From: Gemmatimonadaceae bacterium
Lineage (GTDB): Bacteria > Gemmatimonadota > Gemmatimonadetes > Gemmatimonadales > Gemmatimonadaceae
Reading direction: 5' to 3'
Assembly (NCBI GenBank): GCA_051859245.1
Contig: JBHYGA010000001.1
Span: forward strand, 1,533,722 to 1,597,721
Length of the DNA: 64,000 bases
Made by a program: the position numbers and the translations under genes. Positions within the stretch are counted from its first letter, which is position 1; each line of letters opens with the position of its first letter. Below, piece after piece: positions 48,320 to 59,804 of the stretch. Under the pieces are notes generated by a model. It was not told the origin of the DNA and made no database searches. It worked only from the letters and a program-made list of their open reading frames with translations.

Positions 48320-49129
48320 GTGAACCCTGTGTCGCTCACCGCGGTCAGCACTCCTGGCAACGACGTCAAAAGTGCTGACGCCACCCACGCTTCCACCGAC
48401 GCCCTGCTGCAACAGCTGCAGGGCGCTCCGGTGCCGAGGCACATTGCCATCATCATGGATGGCAATGGCCGTTGGGCGCGCAGTCGTCACATGCCGAGGC
48501 CGTTCGGTCATCGCGCGGGCATGAAGGCTGTGCGTGCGGTTGTGGAAGCGTCAATCGCCGCGGGAGTCGAGTGGCTGTCGCTGTTCGCGTTCTCGCAGGA
48601 GAACTGGCAGCGTCCGCAGCCGGAAATCAGCGCGCTCATGTCGCTGCTTGAGGAATACATTCAGTCGGAGTTGCGCGAGTTGCGTGAACAGGGCGTGCGC
48701 ATTCGCGTGCACGGCGATCTGTCGCGGCTCAACGGTGCTGCCGCCGCCGCTGTTGAACGCGCGGTTGCCGAAACCGCGCACTGCACTCGTCTCGGTCTGA
48801 ACTTGTTCATCTCGTATGGCGGGCGCGCCGAACTCGTGCGCGCGATGCAGCTGGTGGCCAAAGATGTGCAGGCCGGCCTGATCACGCCGGAGCAGGTGGA
48901 CGAAGACACGATTCGCGCGCGATTGTTCACCCAGGATTGTCCGGATCCTGATCTGTTGATTCGTACATCCGGTGAACGACGATTGTCGAACTTCATGCTG
49001 TGGCAGGTGGCCTACGCCGAGTTGTACATCTCGAACGTGCTGTGGCCCGATTTTGATCGCACGGCCCTCTTTGAGGCGATCCTCGACTTTCAGGGACGCG
49101 ATCGCCGGTTTGGCAAAGTGGCCAAGTGA
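48320..49129 (+). CDS. uppS: Undecaprenyl diphosphate synthase
   Basis: HIAIIMDGNGRWA, FSQENW.R and RTSGE.RLSNF motifs. Confidence 0.96.
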   Translation: MNPVSLTAVSTPGNDVKSADATHASTDALLQQLQGAPVPRHIAIIMDGNGRWARSRHMPRPFGHRAGMKAVRAVVEASIAAGVEWLSLFAFSQENWQRPQPEISALMSLLEEYIQSELRELREQGVRIRVHGDLSRLNGAAAAAVERAVAETAHCTRLGLNLFISYGGRAELVRAMQLVAKDVQAGLITPEQVDEDTIRARLFTQDCPDPDLLIRTSGERRLSNFMLWQVAYAELYISNVLWPDFDRTALFEAILDFQGRDRRFGKVAK

Positions 49130-49165
49130 TCATGGCCAGCGTTCGCTCGCTCGCGTGCGTCACGC

Positions 49166-50023
49166 ATGAGTGAGCTGGCTCGGCGAGTTATCGTCTCGCT
49201 CATTGGCGCCCCACTCGCACTCTTCATTTTGTGGTACGGCGGCGCACCGCTCGCCACGTTGGTGAGCGCACTCTCGGCGATTGCGGCGTGGGAGTTGTTT
49301 CGTATTGCGCGCGCCGGTGGCTACACGCCAGTCGCGCCGCTCGGCATCGCCATGGCGGCGGTGGTGCCGTTGGTCGTGCACGCCGAGCATCTCGGCTTGA
49401 TTCGCGTGCCGTTTTCGGCACCGGCGATTGCGGTGCTCGTTGTGCTCGCCGCGGCGCTGTTCACACGTGCGACGAGCGAACGTCCACTCGGCGCTGCGGC
49501 CGTCACGATGTTTGGTGTCGCGTACACGGGTGGTTTGCTCAGCTTTGCGTACGCACTTCGGTACTTCGATTACGCCGTTGGACAGAACGCTGGCGCGGTG
49601 GTTGTCGCGTTCCCGTTGGCACTCACGTGGGCATCTGACATCGGGGCGTACTTCACGGGTCGTGCGGTGGGCGGTCGCAAGTTGATGCCGTCGATCAGCC
49701 CGGGAAAAACGGTGAGTGGTGCGATTGGCGGACTGATCATGACTGTGATCGTGGCGTGGTTGTATCAACGCTACGTGATGATTCCGGTGGCGCGACTCGC
49801 GTTCACTCCGGGTGTCTTGATCGCCGTGGCGATCACCATGAGTGTCGTGGCCCAGATCGGTGACCTTGTGGAGTCGCAACTCAAGCGCGAAGGCCATGTG
49901 AAGGATTCGTCGAGCCTGCTACCAGGACACGGCGGTATTCTGGATCGTGTTGACGCGTTGCTGTTCACCTTTCCGGCGGCGTTTGTTCTGCTCAAGTGGC
50001 TTGTTCTTCCTGTTCCGGGCTGA
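49166..50023 (+). CDS. cdsA: Phosphatidate cytidylyltransferase
   Basis: Multi-TM protein with SPGKT.SG and ES.LKR...VKDSS.LLPGHGGILDR.D. Confidence 0.95.
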   Translation: MSELARRVIVSLIGAPLALFILWYGGAPLATLVSALSAIAAWELFRIARAGGYTPVAPLGIAMAAVVPLVVHAEHLGLIRVPFSAPAIAVLVVLAAALFTRATSERPLGAAAVTMFGVAYTGGLLSFAYALRYFDYAVGQNAGAVVVAFPLALTWASDIGAYFTGRAVGGRKLMPSISPGKTVSGAIGGLIMTVIVAWLYQRYVMIPVARLAFTPGVLIAVAITMSVVAQIGDLVESQLKREGHVKDSSSLLPGHGGILDRVDALLFTFPAAFVLLKWLVLPVPG

Positions 50024-50029
50024 GTACGC

Positions 50030-51166
50030 ATGCATGAACCTCTTGGCGTTGCGTTGCTTGGCAGTACCGGTTCCATTGGCACAAGCACGCTGCGCGTTCT
50101 CGCACGACACACCGATCGTTTTGCGGCCGTTGCGCTCACCGCCAACGGCAATGTTTCGCTGCTTGAGTCGCAGGTGCGCACGTGGTCGCCCGCCTTTGTT
50201 GGCGTCGTCAGCGGAACGCCACCAGCCGGCTGCAACTGGCGTACCGGACCGGAATGCCTGATCGAAGCCGCGTCTCGCAGTGATGTTGACATCGTGCTGA
50301 ACGCGGTGGTCGGCGCGGCCGGACTGCAAGCCACGCTGGCCGCGCTCGGCGCCGGCAAGCGCGTGGCGCTGGCGAACAAGGAAACGCTCGTGGTGGCCGG
50401 GCCCGTCGTCATGGCCGCAGCCCGCGAGGGCAGGGGCTCGCTTGTACCGGTCGACAGTGAGCACTCGGCAATTTTGCAGTGTCTGGCGGGCCGTCGTCCC
50501 GACGAGATCAGGCGGTTAGTGATCACCGCATCGGGCGGGCCGTTCCGCACGTGGTCGAGTTCGCAGATCGCGAACGCCACCGTGGCCGACGCGCTGAATC
50601 ATCCCACGTGGCGCATGGGCAGCAAGATCACGATTGATTCCGCGACCCTCGCCAACAAGGCGCTGGAAGTGATTGAAGCGCACTACCTGTTTGGCGTGCC
50701 GTACGATCGCATTGATGTTGTGGTGCACCCGCAGAGCATTGTGCATTCGTTCGTGGAGTTCACCGACGGCAGCACGCTCGCGCAGCTCGGTGTGCCGAGC
50801 ATGGAGCTGCCGATTCTCTACGCGCTCACGCACCCGGAACGCCTGCCGGACGACGGCGTACCACGCTTTGACCCGGTGACGGCTGGTACGCTCGATTTCG
50901 AGCCCGTTCGACACGCGGACTTTCCGGCGCTCGGGCTCGGAATTTCGGCCGGACGGATCGGCGGCGCTGCTCCGGCGGTATTTAATGCAGCCAACGAGGA
51001 GGCCGTGGCGGCTTTTCTCGCGGGACAACTTACGTTTGGACAGATTGCAGAGCGTATTGCTCACGCGCTCGACGATCTGTCCGGTCACCCTGGCGCAACG
51101 CTCGAGGAACTCCTCGCGGTTGATGCCGAGGCCAGACGTCACGTCAAATCCAGGCTCTTGTGCTGA
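50030..51166 (+). CDS. dxr: 1-deoxy-D-xylulose-5-phosphate reductoisomerase
   Basis: GSTGSIG, LANKE, PVDSEH and HP.W.MG.KITIDSAT..NK.LE motifs. Confidence 0.96.
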   Translation: MHEPLGVALLGSTGSIGTSTLRVLARHTDRFAAVALTANGNVSLLESQVRTWSPAFVGVVSGTPPAGCNWRTGPECLIEAASRSDVDIVLNAVVGAAGLQATLAALGAGKRVALANKETLVVAGPVVMAAAREGRGSLVPVDSEHSAILQCLAGRRPDEIRRLVITASGGPFRTWSSSQIANATVADALNHPTWRMGSKITIDSATLANKALEVIEAHYLFGVPYDRIDVVVHPQSIVHSFVEFTDGSTLAQLGVPSMELPILYALTHPERLPDDGVPRFDPVTAGTLDFEPVRHADFPALGLGISAGRIGGAAPAVFNAANEEAVAAFLAGQLTFGQIAERIAHALDDLSGHPGATLEELLAVDAEARRHVKSRLLC

Positions 51167-52356
51167 ACACGTTAAGCTCGATCGCTGCACCGTTGTTTGT
51201 GTTCGGAATCGTGGTGTTTATCCACGAACTCGGACATTTTCTGGCTGCCAAGTCGGTTGGCGTTTACGCCCCCATTTTTTCGCTTGGATGGGGCAAGCGA
51301 CTGTTTGGCATCAAGCGCGGCGAGACCGATTATCGCATTTCGATGTTCCCGCTGGGTGGCTTTGTGCGCATGGCGTCGCGCGAAGACGAATCGATGGCGG
51401 GCATTGAAGGTGGTGGCAACATGGACGCCGACTCGGCAACGCCGGAAGTTCTCGCAGACGCTCGCAAATCAGCGGGCAAACTGTGGGATGACAACGCGAT
51501 GGTGCCGTTTGGTCCGCGCGCAGTGCCAAAGCAGCGCTGGGTCGAATCAAAGCCGATTGTGGCACGGCTGTGGATCATGTCGGCCGGTGTGATCGCCAAT
51601 ATTCTCCTGGCGATCGTAGTCTCGAGTGGAGTGTTTCTCGGTTATGGCCGCGCGTTCGTGCCGGCCGTTGTTGATTCCGTTGTCGTTGGTGGTCCGGCGG
51701 AAGCGGCGGGTGTACTGGCGGGCGATTCCATTGTCAGTGTGAACGGCGCCGCGATTCGCGGCTGGAGCGATGTGCTTGACCGTGTCACGCCGGTCACGAG
51801 CGGCACGCTCACGGTCGAAGTGGCGCGCGCGTCGCAGCGGCAAACGCTCACGATTGCGCCCACCACGGGCGACGGCATCAATCCCGCAACCGGCGTATCC
51901 CGAAAAGTCGGGCGCATCGGGATCGCGGTGCGTAACGATGTGCAGTACGAAAAACTCGGCGTGGGTGAGGCGCTTGGTGCCGGCCTAGAAACCACGTGGA
52001 TGATGGCTGGTCGCGTGGTGGAGGTGCTGAAGGGGCTGATCTCGCGCGATGTACCGATGAGCAATCTTGGCGGTCCGATTGAGATCGCGCGCACGTCGGT
52101 GGCGGCGGCGAGCGGTGGCGCCGAAATGTTGTGGTCGCTGATTGCGTTTCTCAGTTTGAATATCGCGATTGTGAATCTGATTCCGATTCCGGTGCTCGAT
52201 GGCGGACAAATGCTGATCACCATTGCGGAAGGCATCAAGGGACGGGCACTCAACGTGAACACACGTGAATGGCTTGCCCGCGCTGGCGTGCTGTTCGTGC
52301 TCGGCTTGATTGTGCTCGTCACGTTCAACGATGTGAAACGGCTTATCACGCAGTGA
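51160..52356 (+). CDS. rseP: RIP metalloprotease RseP
   Basis: HELGH, a PDZ domain and NLIPIPVLDGG. Confidence 0.94.
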   Translation: MLNTLSSIAAPLFVFGIVVFIHELGHFLAAKSVGVYAPIFSLGWGKRLFGIKRGETDYRISMFPLGGFVRMASREDESMAGIEGGGNMDADSATPEVLADARKSAGKLWDDNAMVPFGPRAVPKQRWVESKPIVARLWIMSAGVIANILLAIVVSSGVFLGYGRAFVPAVVDSVVVGGPAEAAGVLAGDSIVSVNGAAIRGWSDVLDRVTPVTSGTLTVEVARASQRQTLTIAPTTGDGINPATGVSRKVGRIGIAVRNDVQYEKLGVGEALGAGLETTWMMAGRVVEVLKGLISRDVPMSNLGGPIEIARTSVAAASGGAEMLWSLIAFLSLNIAIVNLIPIPVLDGGQMLITIAEGIKGRALNVNTREWLARAGVLFVLGLIVLVTFNDVKRLITQ

Positions 52357-52844
52357 CGCTTCGTGCCGGTTCCGTGCGTGTGCACCCGCGTAAAGTGAGC
52401 CAGCTATTGAGCGTGCAACGATCCATTGGTGGTCTCGTGCTGGTTCTCGCGCTGTCGGCGTGCGCGCCGCTGCGCGGCGGAAGCGCTGGTGTGCAAACGG
52501 AAACCATCGCGCGATTCCCGCGCGATGCCGCGCGATTTGCCATCGAGCCGCTCACCGACAGCACGTTTGCGTTCACACCCGAAGAAGCAAAATGGGTGGT
52601 GCCCGGCATGACCGGGATCGCAGTTGATCCTGGCCGCGGCGATGCGCTCGTAGCGAGGGTGCGCGTCGTGAGCGTGGACAGCGTGCAGGCAAACGCGTTC
52701 GTAACGGGCCAGACCACTCGCGTTGCCAGTGGGCAGGTGTTGTTGCTTGTGCCACCAAAGCGCTCGTGGTGGAAGCAGCGCATCTTCTGGCTCGGCGCAG
52801 TGGGCGGTGCAGCGTTGAGCAGTGCGGCCTTTGCGTGGCTCTAA
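52353..52844 (+). CDS. Hypothetical lipoprotein with C-terminal TM helix
   Basis: LSAC lipobox; C-terminal WWKQRIFWLG hydrophobic helix; GTGA overlap with rseP. Confidence 0.7.
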   Translation: MTLRAGSVRVHPRKVSQLLSVQRSIGGLVLVLALSACAPLRGGSAGVQTETIARFPRDAARFAIEPLTDSTFAFTPEEAKWVVPGMTGIAVDPGRGDALVARVRVVSVDSVQANAFVTGQTTRVASGQVLLLVPPKRSWWKQRIFWLGAVGGAALSSAAFAWL

Positions 52845-52851
52845 CGTCGCA

Positions 52852-54480
52852 CTAACTGCACACTAGCACGAACCGCACCGTATCGCTGCCGGCACGTAGC
52901 GTATCAACGGCGTTGAACTCTACACAGCGCGGCGCAGATGCTCGAATGCGCCACTCCCCCGAGCGTACCGTCGCCGGCGAAATGCTTGACGCCGTTCCTT
53001 GTGTCACAGGGCGTCCGTTCCAGTCGAGCAAGGCAACAACGGCATCTCGAGGCTGTACGTCGAGTGTGACCCGCGTGCAGCGCGCCAGTTCAACACTGTG
53101 TCGCCGTCGCTCACCGGACGCGAGCGTGACCGTGTCGATCTGCTCACTGTAGGGACAGTCTGTCACGCCGGGTCCGCTCACCAGCGACGAGGCAATGATA
53201 TAGCGGCCCGGCTTCAGCTTGTCCCCGTTCCACGGCGCGAACGCCGTCGAACTCCCGTTCACTGAAATCGCAGTTGAATCGCTGTTGGAGCTCACGCTCA
53301 ACTGCGCGAGGCGAACCACGGGCTTCGCGGCGGGCTTGCCGGTATCGGTGACCACCACTGCGGAATCCGGCGTTGCGTTGGAGTCGGCGGGCTGCGAGTC
53401 CACGATTGGCGGCACAATCGCCACCGTGGATGTATCGCGCAGCGAGTCGCCGGCCGGCGTTGCGCCAGTCAGTCTCCCCCACGCGGTGCTCACGGCGGGC
53501 TGATCCCGAAGCGCCCAGAGCGCGGCCGTCCCAATAGCCAGTGCGGCGAACACGCCAAGTATGGCGCGCTGGCGCCCGCGCGTGCCGCCGGTAATCGTGT
53601 GCACGGTGGTCGTGCCGCCCGGCGTGATCGCCAGGCGAGACCCTGTGGACGGCGCGGACGGCAGGCGCGACAGCGCGTCAGAAAGTGCTGTGGCCGTCGG
53701 GAAGCGGTCCTCCGGCTTCTTGGCCATGAGCTTGAGGAGAATGGCCTCAAACGCCCCCGAAATGGCCGGGACGTGCTTCCTGGGCGGCTTGGGAGCCACG
53801 TCGACATGCTGCCTGGCCACCACGTACCAGTCGTCGCCCTCAAAGGGCAACTTTCCAGTGGCCGCGCGATAGAGCGTCACGCCCAGCGCGTACAGGTCAC
53901 TGCGGCCGTCCAGCGGGTCGCCTTTGGCCTGTTCCGGGCTGAAGTAGTGCGGCGTGCCCAGCACCTGATTGGTGGCGCTCAGATCAGCCCCGCTGCTCAG
54001 CGCGCGCGCGAGGCCGAAATCGCACACAATGGCTTCGCCAGTGGTGCCGATCAGGATGTTGTCGGGCTTGATGTCGCGATGAATGACATTATCGGCGTGG
54101 GCCACGGCGAGCGCGGCGGCCACATCAAGCCCCACACGCACTACATCCGTCTCCGGGAGGTAGGGCATGACCTGCAGGCGACGCGCCAGGTTGAGCGGCA
54201 CCAGATCCATGGCCACCCAGGTAATGCCGTCGGTTCGTCCCACATCACGCACCGTGATGATGTTCGGATGACGGAGCCGCGCGGCCGTGGTCGCCTCCCG
54301 CCGGAACCTCGCCTCGGCGACCTCGTTTCCGGTGTGCTCAGGGCGCAACACCTTGACCGCCACCGGAATCTCCAGCTCTGTATCCACCGCCTCGTAGACC
54401 CACGCGTACGCACCCGTGCCGAGCAGGCGCGTCAGGCGGTATCGTCCGCCAAGGGTCTGTCCGAGGTAGCGCTCTGGCAC
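52852..54480 (-). CDS. Hanks-type Ser/Thr protein kinase with TM helix and extracytoplasmic PEGA-like domains
   Basis: LGTGAYAWVY, VAVK, HRDIKPDN, DFGLAR, GTPHYFSPEQ and SDLYALG motifs; TM helix near aa 305-325. Confidence 0.92.
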   Translation of the reverse strand: MPERYLGQTLGGRYRLTRLLGTGAYAWVYEAVDTELEIPVAVKVLRPEHTGNEVAEARFRREATTAARLRHPNIITVRDVGRTDGITWVAMDLVPLNLARRLQVMPYLPETDVVRVGLDVAAALAVAHADNVIHRDIKPDNILIGTTGEAIVCDFGLARALSSGADLSATNQVLGTPHYFSPEQAKGDPLDGRSDLYALGVTLYRAATGKLPFEGDDWYVVARQHVDVAPKPPRKHVPAISGAFEAILLKLMAKKPEDRFPTATALSDALSRLPSAPSTGSRLAITPGGTTTVHTITGGTRGRQRAILGVFAALAIGTAALWALRDQPAVSTAWGRLTGATPAGDSLRDTSTVAIVPPIVDSQPADSNATPDSAVVVTDTGKPAAKPVVRLAQLSVSSNSDSTAISVNGSSTAFAPWNGDKLKPGRYIIASSLVSGPGVTDCPYSEQIDTVTLASGERRRHSVELARCTRVTLDVQPRDAVVALLDWNGRPVTQGTASSISPATVRSGEWRIRASAPRCVEFNAVDTLRAGSDTVRFVLVCS

Positions 54481-54660
54481 GTGGGGTTGGGCAGACGCGG
54501 GAGGAGGGATCCGGAGGTCCTTTACAGGCCGGAATATACGGGTTAACGTATTAGGCTAACATCACTTGCGGTACCGCACGAGGTACCGCGCCCCAGGCAC
54601 CGCTTCCGGCATGGCCCCAACATGGGCGCTGAGCCAGCTAGCGTGGAGAATATTACGACG

Positions 54661-54921
54661 ATGGCGTTCGACAAGGCACCCACGATTGAGAAGTACCGCA
54701 CGCATGGTGAAGATACCGGCTCTGCCCGCGTACAGGTTGCGGTTCTGACGGAACGGATCAACTACCTCACGTCGCACTTTCGCGCGCATCACAAAGACCA
54801 TCACAGCCGGCGCGGCCTGCTGAAAATGGTCGGCAAGCGTCGCCGCCTTCTCGACTATCTCAAGCGTACCAACGTCGAAGGATATCGCTCACTGGTGCAG
54901 GAACTCGGCCTCCGCTACTGA
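54661..54921 (+). CDS. rpsO: 30S ribosomal protein S15
   Basis: [34 protein letters not shown]. Confidence 0.97.
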   Translation: MAFDKAPTIEKYRTHGEDTGSARVQVAVLTERINYLTSHFRAHHKDHHSRRGLLKMVGKRRRLLDYLKRTNVEGYRSLVQELGLRY

Positions 54922-55009
54922 GGTCGTTCGCAGGACCGATCGCGCGGGGGCATGCTGCCACCCGCGCGATTTCTTTTCTGGCAGCAAGCAACCACAAAGC
55001 AACCACGCA

Positions 55010-57214
55010 ATGATGCAAAGAATCGAGCGGACCTTCGCAGGCCGCCAGCTCGTCATCGAGACGGGCCGTATGGCCAAGCAGGCAGCAGGGTCTGCGCTGG
55101 TGCAGTTCGGCGACACAGTCGTCCTCGCCGCTGTCACCGTCAGTGACAACGAAAGCCATCTCCCGTTCTTCCCGCTCACGGTCGAATACAAAGAGCGCAC
55201 CTACGCTGCGGGCAAGTTCCCCGGCGGCTTCATCAAGCGCGAAGGCCGTCCGCACGATCACGAGATTCTCGCGTGCCGCATTATCGACCGTTCCATCCGT
55301 CCACTGTTTCCTGAAGGCTTCAAGAATGAAGTCCAGGTATTCGTGTATGTGATCTCGGCCGATCAGGAAAACGACGCTGATGTGCTCGCGTTGCTCGCCA
55401 CGTCGTTCGCGCTCAACGCGTCCAAGATTCCGTTCAAGGAGCCGATTGGCGGTGTACGTATCGGTCGCGTGCAGGGACACTGGGTGCTCAACCCCACGTT
55501 CCAGCAGCGCGAATTCTCTGATATGGAGCTCGTGGTCGCCGGTTCGGAGAAGTCAATCGTGATGGTGGAAGGTGGTGCGCTTGAGGTGTCGGAAGCCGAC
55601 GTGCTCGAAGCGCTGACCATTTCACACACGGGCATCAACGAACTCATCAGCATGCAGCATGAGCTGCTGAAGAAAGTGCAGCAGCCCACGATGACGTGGC
55701 ACAAGGCGGAAGCACCGGAAGGTGTGGCCGTGCGCGTGAAGGAGCTGGCCGAAGGTCAGATCGCGGCCGCCATCAACCAGAAGGACAAGCACACGCGCGT
55801 TGAAGCGGTTGAGCGTGTGAAAAAGGAACTCGCAGAAGGATTGCTCGCCGAGTTCCCGGATAACGCGAAAGACATTCACACGTTGCTCGGCGACGTGGAG
55901 TACTACGCGCTGCGTAATCAGGTGCTCGACACCAAGAAGCGTGTGGACGGTCGTAAGGCCGACGAGATTCGCGACATCTCGGTTGACACGAAAGTGTTGC
56001 CGCGTACGCATGGCTCGGCGCTCTTCACGCGTGGACAGACGCAGGCGCTCGTTGTGGCCACGCTTGGTACACAGGCCGACGCACAGCGCATGGATTCCGT
56101 GAACGAGTCCAAGGAAACGCTCAAGACGTTCATGCTGCACTACAACTTCCCGCCGTTCTCCACGGGTGAAGTGCGTCCGATGCGTGGCACCAGCCGCCGC
56201 GAAATTGGTCACGGTAACCTGGCCGAGCGCGCACTGCAGGCCGTATTGCCAGCGTTTGAAGACTTCCCGTACACGATTCGTATTGTCTCCGACGTGCTCG
56301 AGTCAAACGGTTCGTCTTCCATGGCGTCTGTTTGCGGCGGATCGCTCGCGATGTTCGACGCGGGTGTGCCGCTCAAGGCCGCTGTCGCCGGCGTTGCGAT
56401 GGGCCTGATCTCCGACGGCAAGCGTTACGCGATCCTCACCGACATCCTCGGCACCGAAGATCATCTCGGCGACATGGACTTCAAGGTGGCTGGCACGCGT
56501 GATGGTATCACGTCGATCCAGATGGACATCAAGATCGAGGGGCTCGACCTCAAGATCATGGAAGAAGCACTGGAGCAGGCGCGCGTTGGTCGTTTGCACA
56601 TTCTTGGCGAAATGGACAAGGCGTTGGCCGGTCCGCGCGAAGAGTTGTCGGCCTACGCACCGCGCATTGTCACGATGAAGATCCCAACCGACAAGATCGG
56701 CGATCTCATTGGCCCGAAGGGCAAGACGATCCGTGGTATTCAGGACGAAACTGGCGCCACGCTCAGCGTGGAAGACGACGGAACGGTGACGATCGCCGCC
56801 GTTGGTGGCGAGTCGATGGAGCGCGCGCGTCAGATGATCGCGTCGCTCACCGCCGAACCGGTGGTTGGTGACATTTACGAAGGTGTGGTCAAGAGCACCA
56901 CGGCGTTCGGCGCGTTTGTTGAAATCATGCCGGGCACCGAAGCGCTGTTGCACATCTCCGAGCTCAAGCACGAGCGCGTCGCGAACACGGAAGACGTTGT
57001 GAAGAAGGGTGACGTCGTGCGTGTGAAGCTTGTCGATCGTGATGAGCGTGGACGCTTGCGTCTCTCCATGAAGGCGTTGGAGCCGCGTCCAGAGGGCATG
57101 CCGGAGCCTGATCCGTCGGAAGCGCGCGAGTCGCGTCCGCCGCGTGAAGGAGGAGATCGTGATCGCGGTGGTCGCAGTGGCGGCGGCGGCGGTCGCGGAC
57201 GGGAGCGGCGCTGA
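55010..57214 (+). CDS. pnp: Polyribonucleotide nucleotidyltransferase
   Basis: Two RNase PH domains (RREIGHG, SNGSSSMASVCG, EDHLGDMDFK), plus KH and S1 domains. Confidence 0.98.
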   Translation: MMQRIERTFAGRQLVIETGRMAKQAAGSALVQFGDTVVLAAVTVSDNESHLPFFPLTVEYKERTYAAGKFPGGFIKREGRPHDHEILACRIIDRSIRPLFPEGFKNEVQVFVYVISADQENDADVLALLATSFALNASKIPFKEPIGGVRIGRVQGHWVLNPTFQQREFSDMELVVAGSEKSIVMVEGGALEVSEADVLEALTISHTGINELISMQHELLKKVQQPTMTWHKAEAPEGVAVRVKELAEGQIAAAINQKDKHTRVEAVERVKKELAEGLLAEFPDNAKDIHTLLGDVEYYALRNQVLDTKKRVDGRKADEIRDISVDTKVLPRTHGSALFTRGQTQALVVATLGTQADAQRMDSVNESKETLKTFMLHYNFPPFSTGEVRPMRGTSRREIGHGNLAERALQAVLPAFEDFPYTIRIVSDVLESNGSSSMASVCGGSLAMFDAGVPLKAAVAGVAMGLISDGKRYAILTDILGTEDHLGDMDFKVAGTRDGITSIQMDIKIEGLDLKIMEEALEQARVGRLHILGEMDKALAGPREELSAYAPRIVTMKIPTDKIGDLIGPKGKTIRGIQDETGATLSVEDDGTVTIAAVGGESMERARQMIASLTAEPVVGDIYEGVVKSTTAFGAFVEIMPGTEALLHISELKHERVANTEDVVKKGDVVRVKLVDRDERGRLRLSMKALEPRPEGMPEPDPSEARESRPPREGGDRDRGGRSGGGGGRGRERR

Positions 57215-57240
57215 GTACGCGCGCACTGCTCGCGTCTTCC

Positions 57241-58527
57241 GTGCTTGACCAGGTAAACCGGCCGGTGTCTTTCGAGACACCGGCCGGTGTGCGTCGTACG
57301 GATTGCGCGAATGGGCTCACGGTGTTGTCGGAATTTGTGCCGGGACGTCGCACGGTCGCCTTCGGCGCGTGGGTTCGCTATGGCACGTTGCAGGAACCGG
57401 CGGAGCAAATGGGACTCGCGCACCTGCTCGAACACATGGTGTTCAAGGGCACGGCGCGCCGTTCAGCCAAAGAGATCGCGTTGTCACTCGAGTCACTCGG
57501 TGGATCACTTGATGCGTACACCGAGCGCGAGTTCACGTCGTATCAGGCGCGTGTGCTTGATCGACACCTGTCCACCGCGGTGGATGTCATTGGCGATCTG
57601 ATTTTCAATTCACGCTTGAGCAGCGAAGATCTCGCGCTTGAGCGCCAGGTGATTCTCGAAGAGATCGCCATGGTTGAAGACACGCCCGATGATGTGGTGT
57701 TTGATTTGCACAACGAAGCGTTGTGGGGCACGCATCCGCACGGCTTTCGTATTCTTGGCACGCGTGACACGGTGCAGGCGCTCACGGCCGATCATTTGCA
57801 GGCGTTGCGCGCGTCGCACTATCGACCGGCCGGATTGGTTGTTGCGGCGGCGGGTAATGTGACGCATGAAGAGTTGCTCGATGTGCTCGGCGCGCACGGT
57901 TGGCTTGATCAGGCGGCGGTTGATGTACCGCCGCGTGATGTGCCAGTTGCCATACCGCATTACGGCGTACAGCGTCATCACGCGCGCAAGGATGTGTCGC
58001 AGGTGCATCTCGTGCTCGGAAGCGACGGGCCGCGGCACGGTGAACCGCGCCGGTATGCGTTTGAGCTCACCAGCACATTGCTTGGCGGCGGCATGAGCAG
58101 CCGCTTGTTTCAGCGTGTGCGTGAAGAGCTTGGGCTGGCGTACAGCGTGTATCACTTTCACTCGCCGTACTTTGACGTTGGGCACCACGGCGTGTACCTC
58201 GCCAGCGCGCCTGGCACGGCGCAGAAGGCGCTGGATGCCGTGCGCGAGATCATGAGTGATGTCGCGGCCAACGGCTTACCCGAAGACGAGATCGCCGCGG
58301 GACGTCAGCAGCTGGCGGGTCAGCTGGTGATGTCACTCGAGAGCGTGAGTGCGCGGATGTATCGCGCGGCCACGTCGGCGCTGTATCATGAACCACTGCG
58401 AACCGTCGACCAGATGCTGGCCGACGTGGACGCGATTGATGTTGCCTCGGTGGCCGAGGTGGCACGTGAGTATTTTGATCCAGCACGTATGACGCTGGTC
58501 AGTCACGGCCCCAAAGCCGTTCGCTGA
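57241..58527 (+). CDS. M16 family zinc peptidase
   Basis: Inverted zincin HLLEH, EE..M.ED and GGGMSSRLFQ.VRE..GLAY motifs. Confidence 0.92.
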   Translation: MLDQVNRPVSFETPAGVRRTDCANGLTVLSEFVPGRRTVAFGAWVRYGTLQEPAEQMGLAHLLEHMVFKGTARRSAKEIALSLESLGGSLDAYTEREFTSYQARVLDRHLSTAVDVIGDLIFNSRLSSEDLALERQVILEEIAMVEDTPDDVVFDLHNEALWGTHPHGFRILGTRDTVQALTADHLQALRASHYRPAGLVVAAAGNVTHEELLDVLGAHGWLDQAAVDVPPRDVPVAIPHYGVQRHHARKDVSQVHLVLGSDGPRHGEPRRYAFELTSTLLGGGMSSRLFQRVREELGLAYSVYHFHSPYFDVGHHGVYLASAPGTAQKALDAVREIMSDVAANGLPEDEIAAGRQQLAGQLVMSLESVSARMYRAATSALYHEPLRTVDQMLADVDAIDVASVAEVAREYFDPARMTLVSHGPKAVR

Positions 58528-58557
58528 CCATACACTCCCCTTTTGAAACTGACTGCC

Positions 58558-59673
<1,116 letters not shown>

Positions 59674-59695
59674 GCAGGCTTTTCGCGTTCGATTC

Positions 59696-59729
59696 CGGGA
59701 TGGCGGCTTTCGTGGCCGCCATCCCGTTT
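59696..59729 (+). terminator. Probable terminator after ald
   Basis: CGGGATGGCGGC / GCCGCCATCCCG 12-bp stem with a short T tail. Confidence 0.6.
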
Positions 59730-59769
59730 GCGTATAGGACCCGTTCGCAGCAAAGCCAGGCGCATCAGG

Positions 59770-59798
59770 TTGCTCCTTGATAGCTAAATAGCTATCTT
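59770..59798 (+). promoter_or_regulatory. Promoter with overlapping palindromic operator for the Xre/nucleotidyltransferase pair
   Basis: TTGCTC-N17-TATCTT, overlapped by the perfect inverted repeat GATAGCTA-AA-TAGCTATC (59779-59796). ATG lies 6 nt after the -10. Confidence 0.7.
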
Positions 59799-59804
59799 TA
59801 GCAG

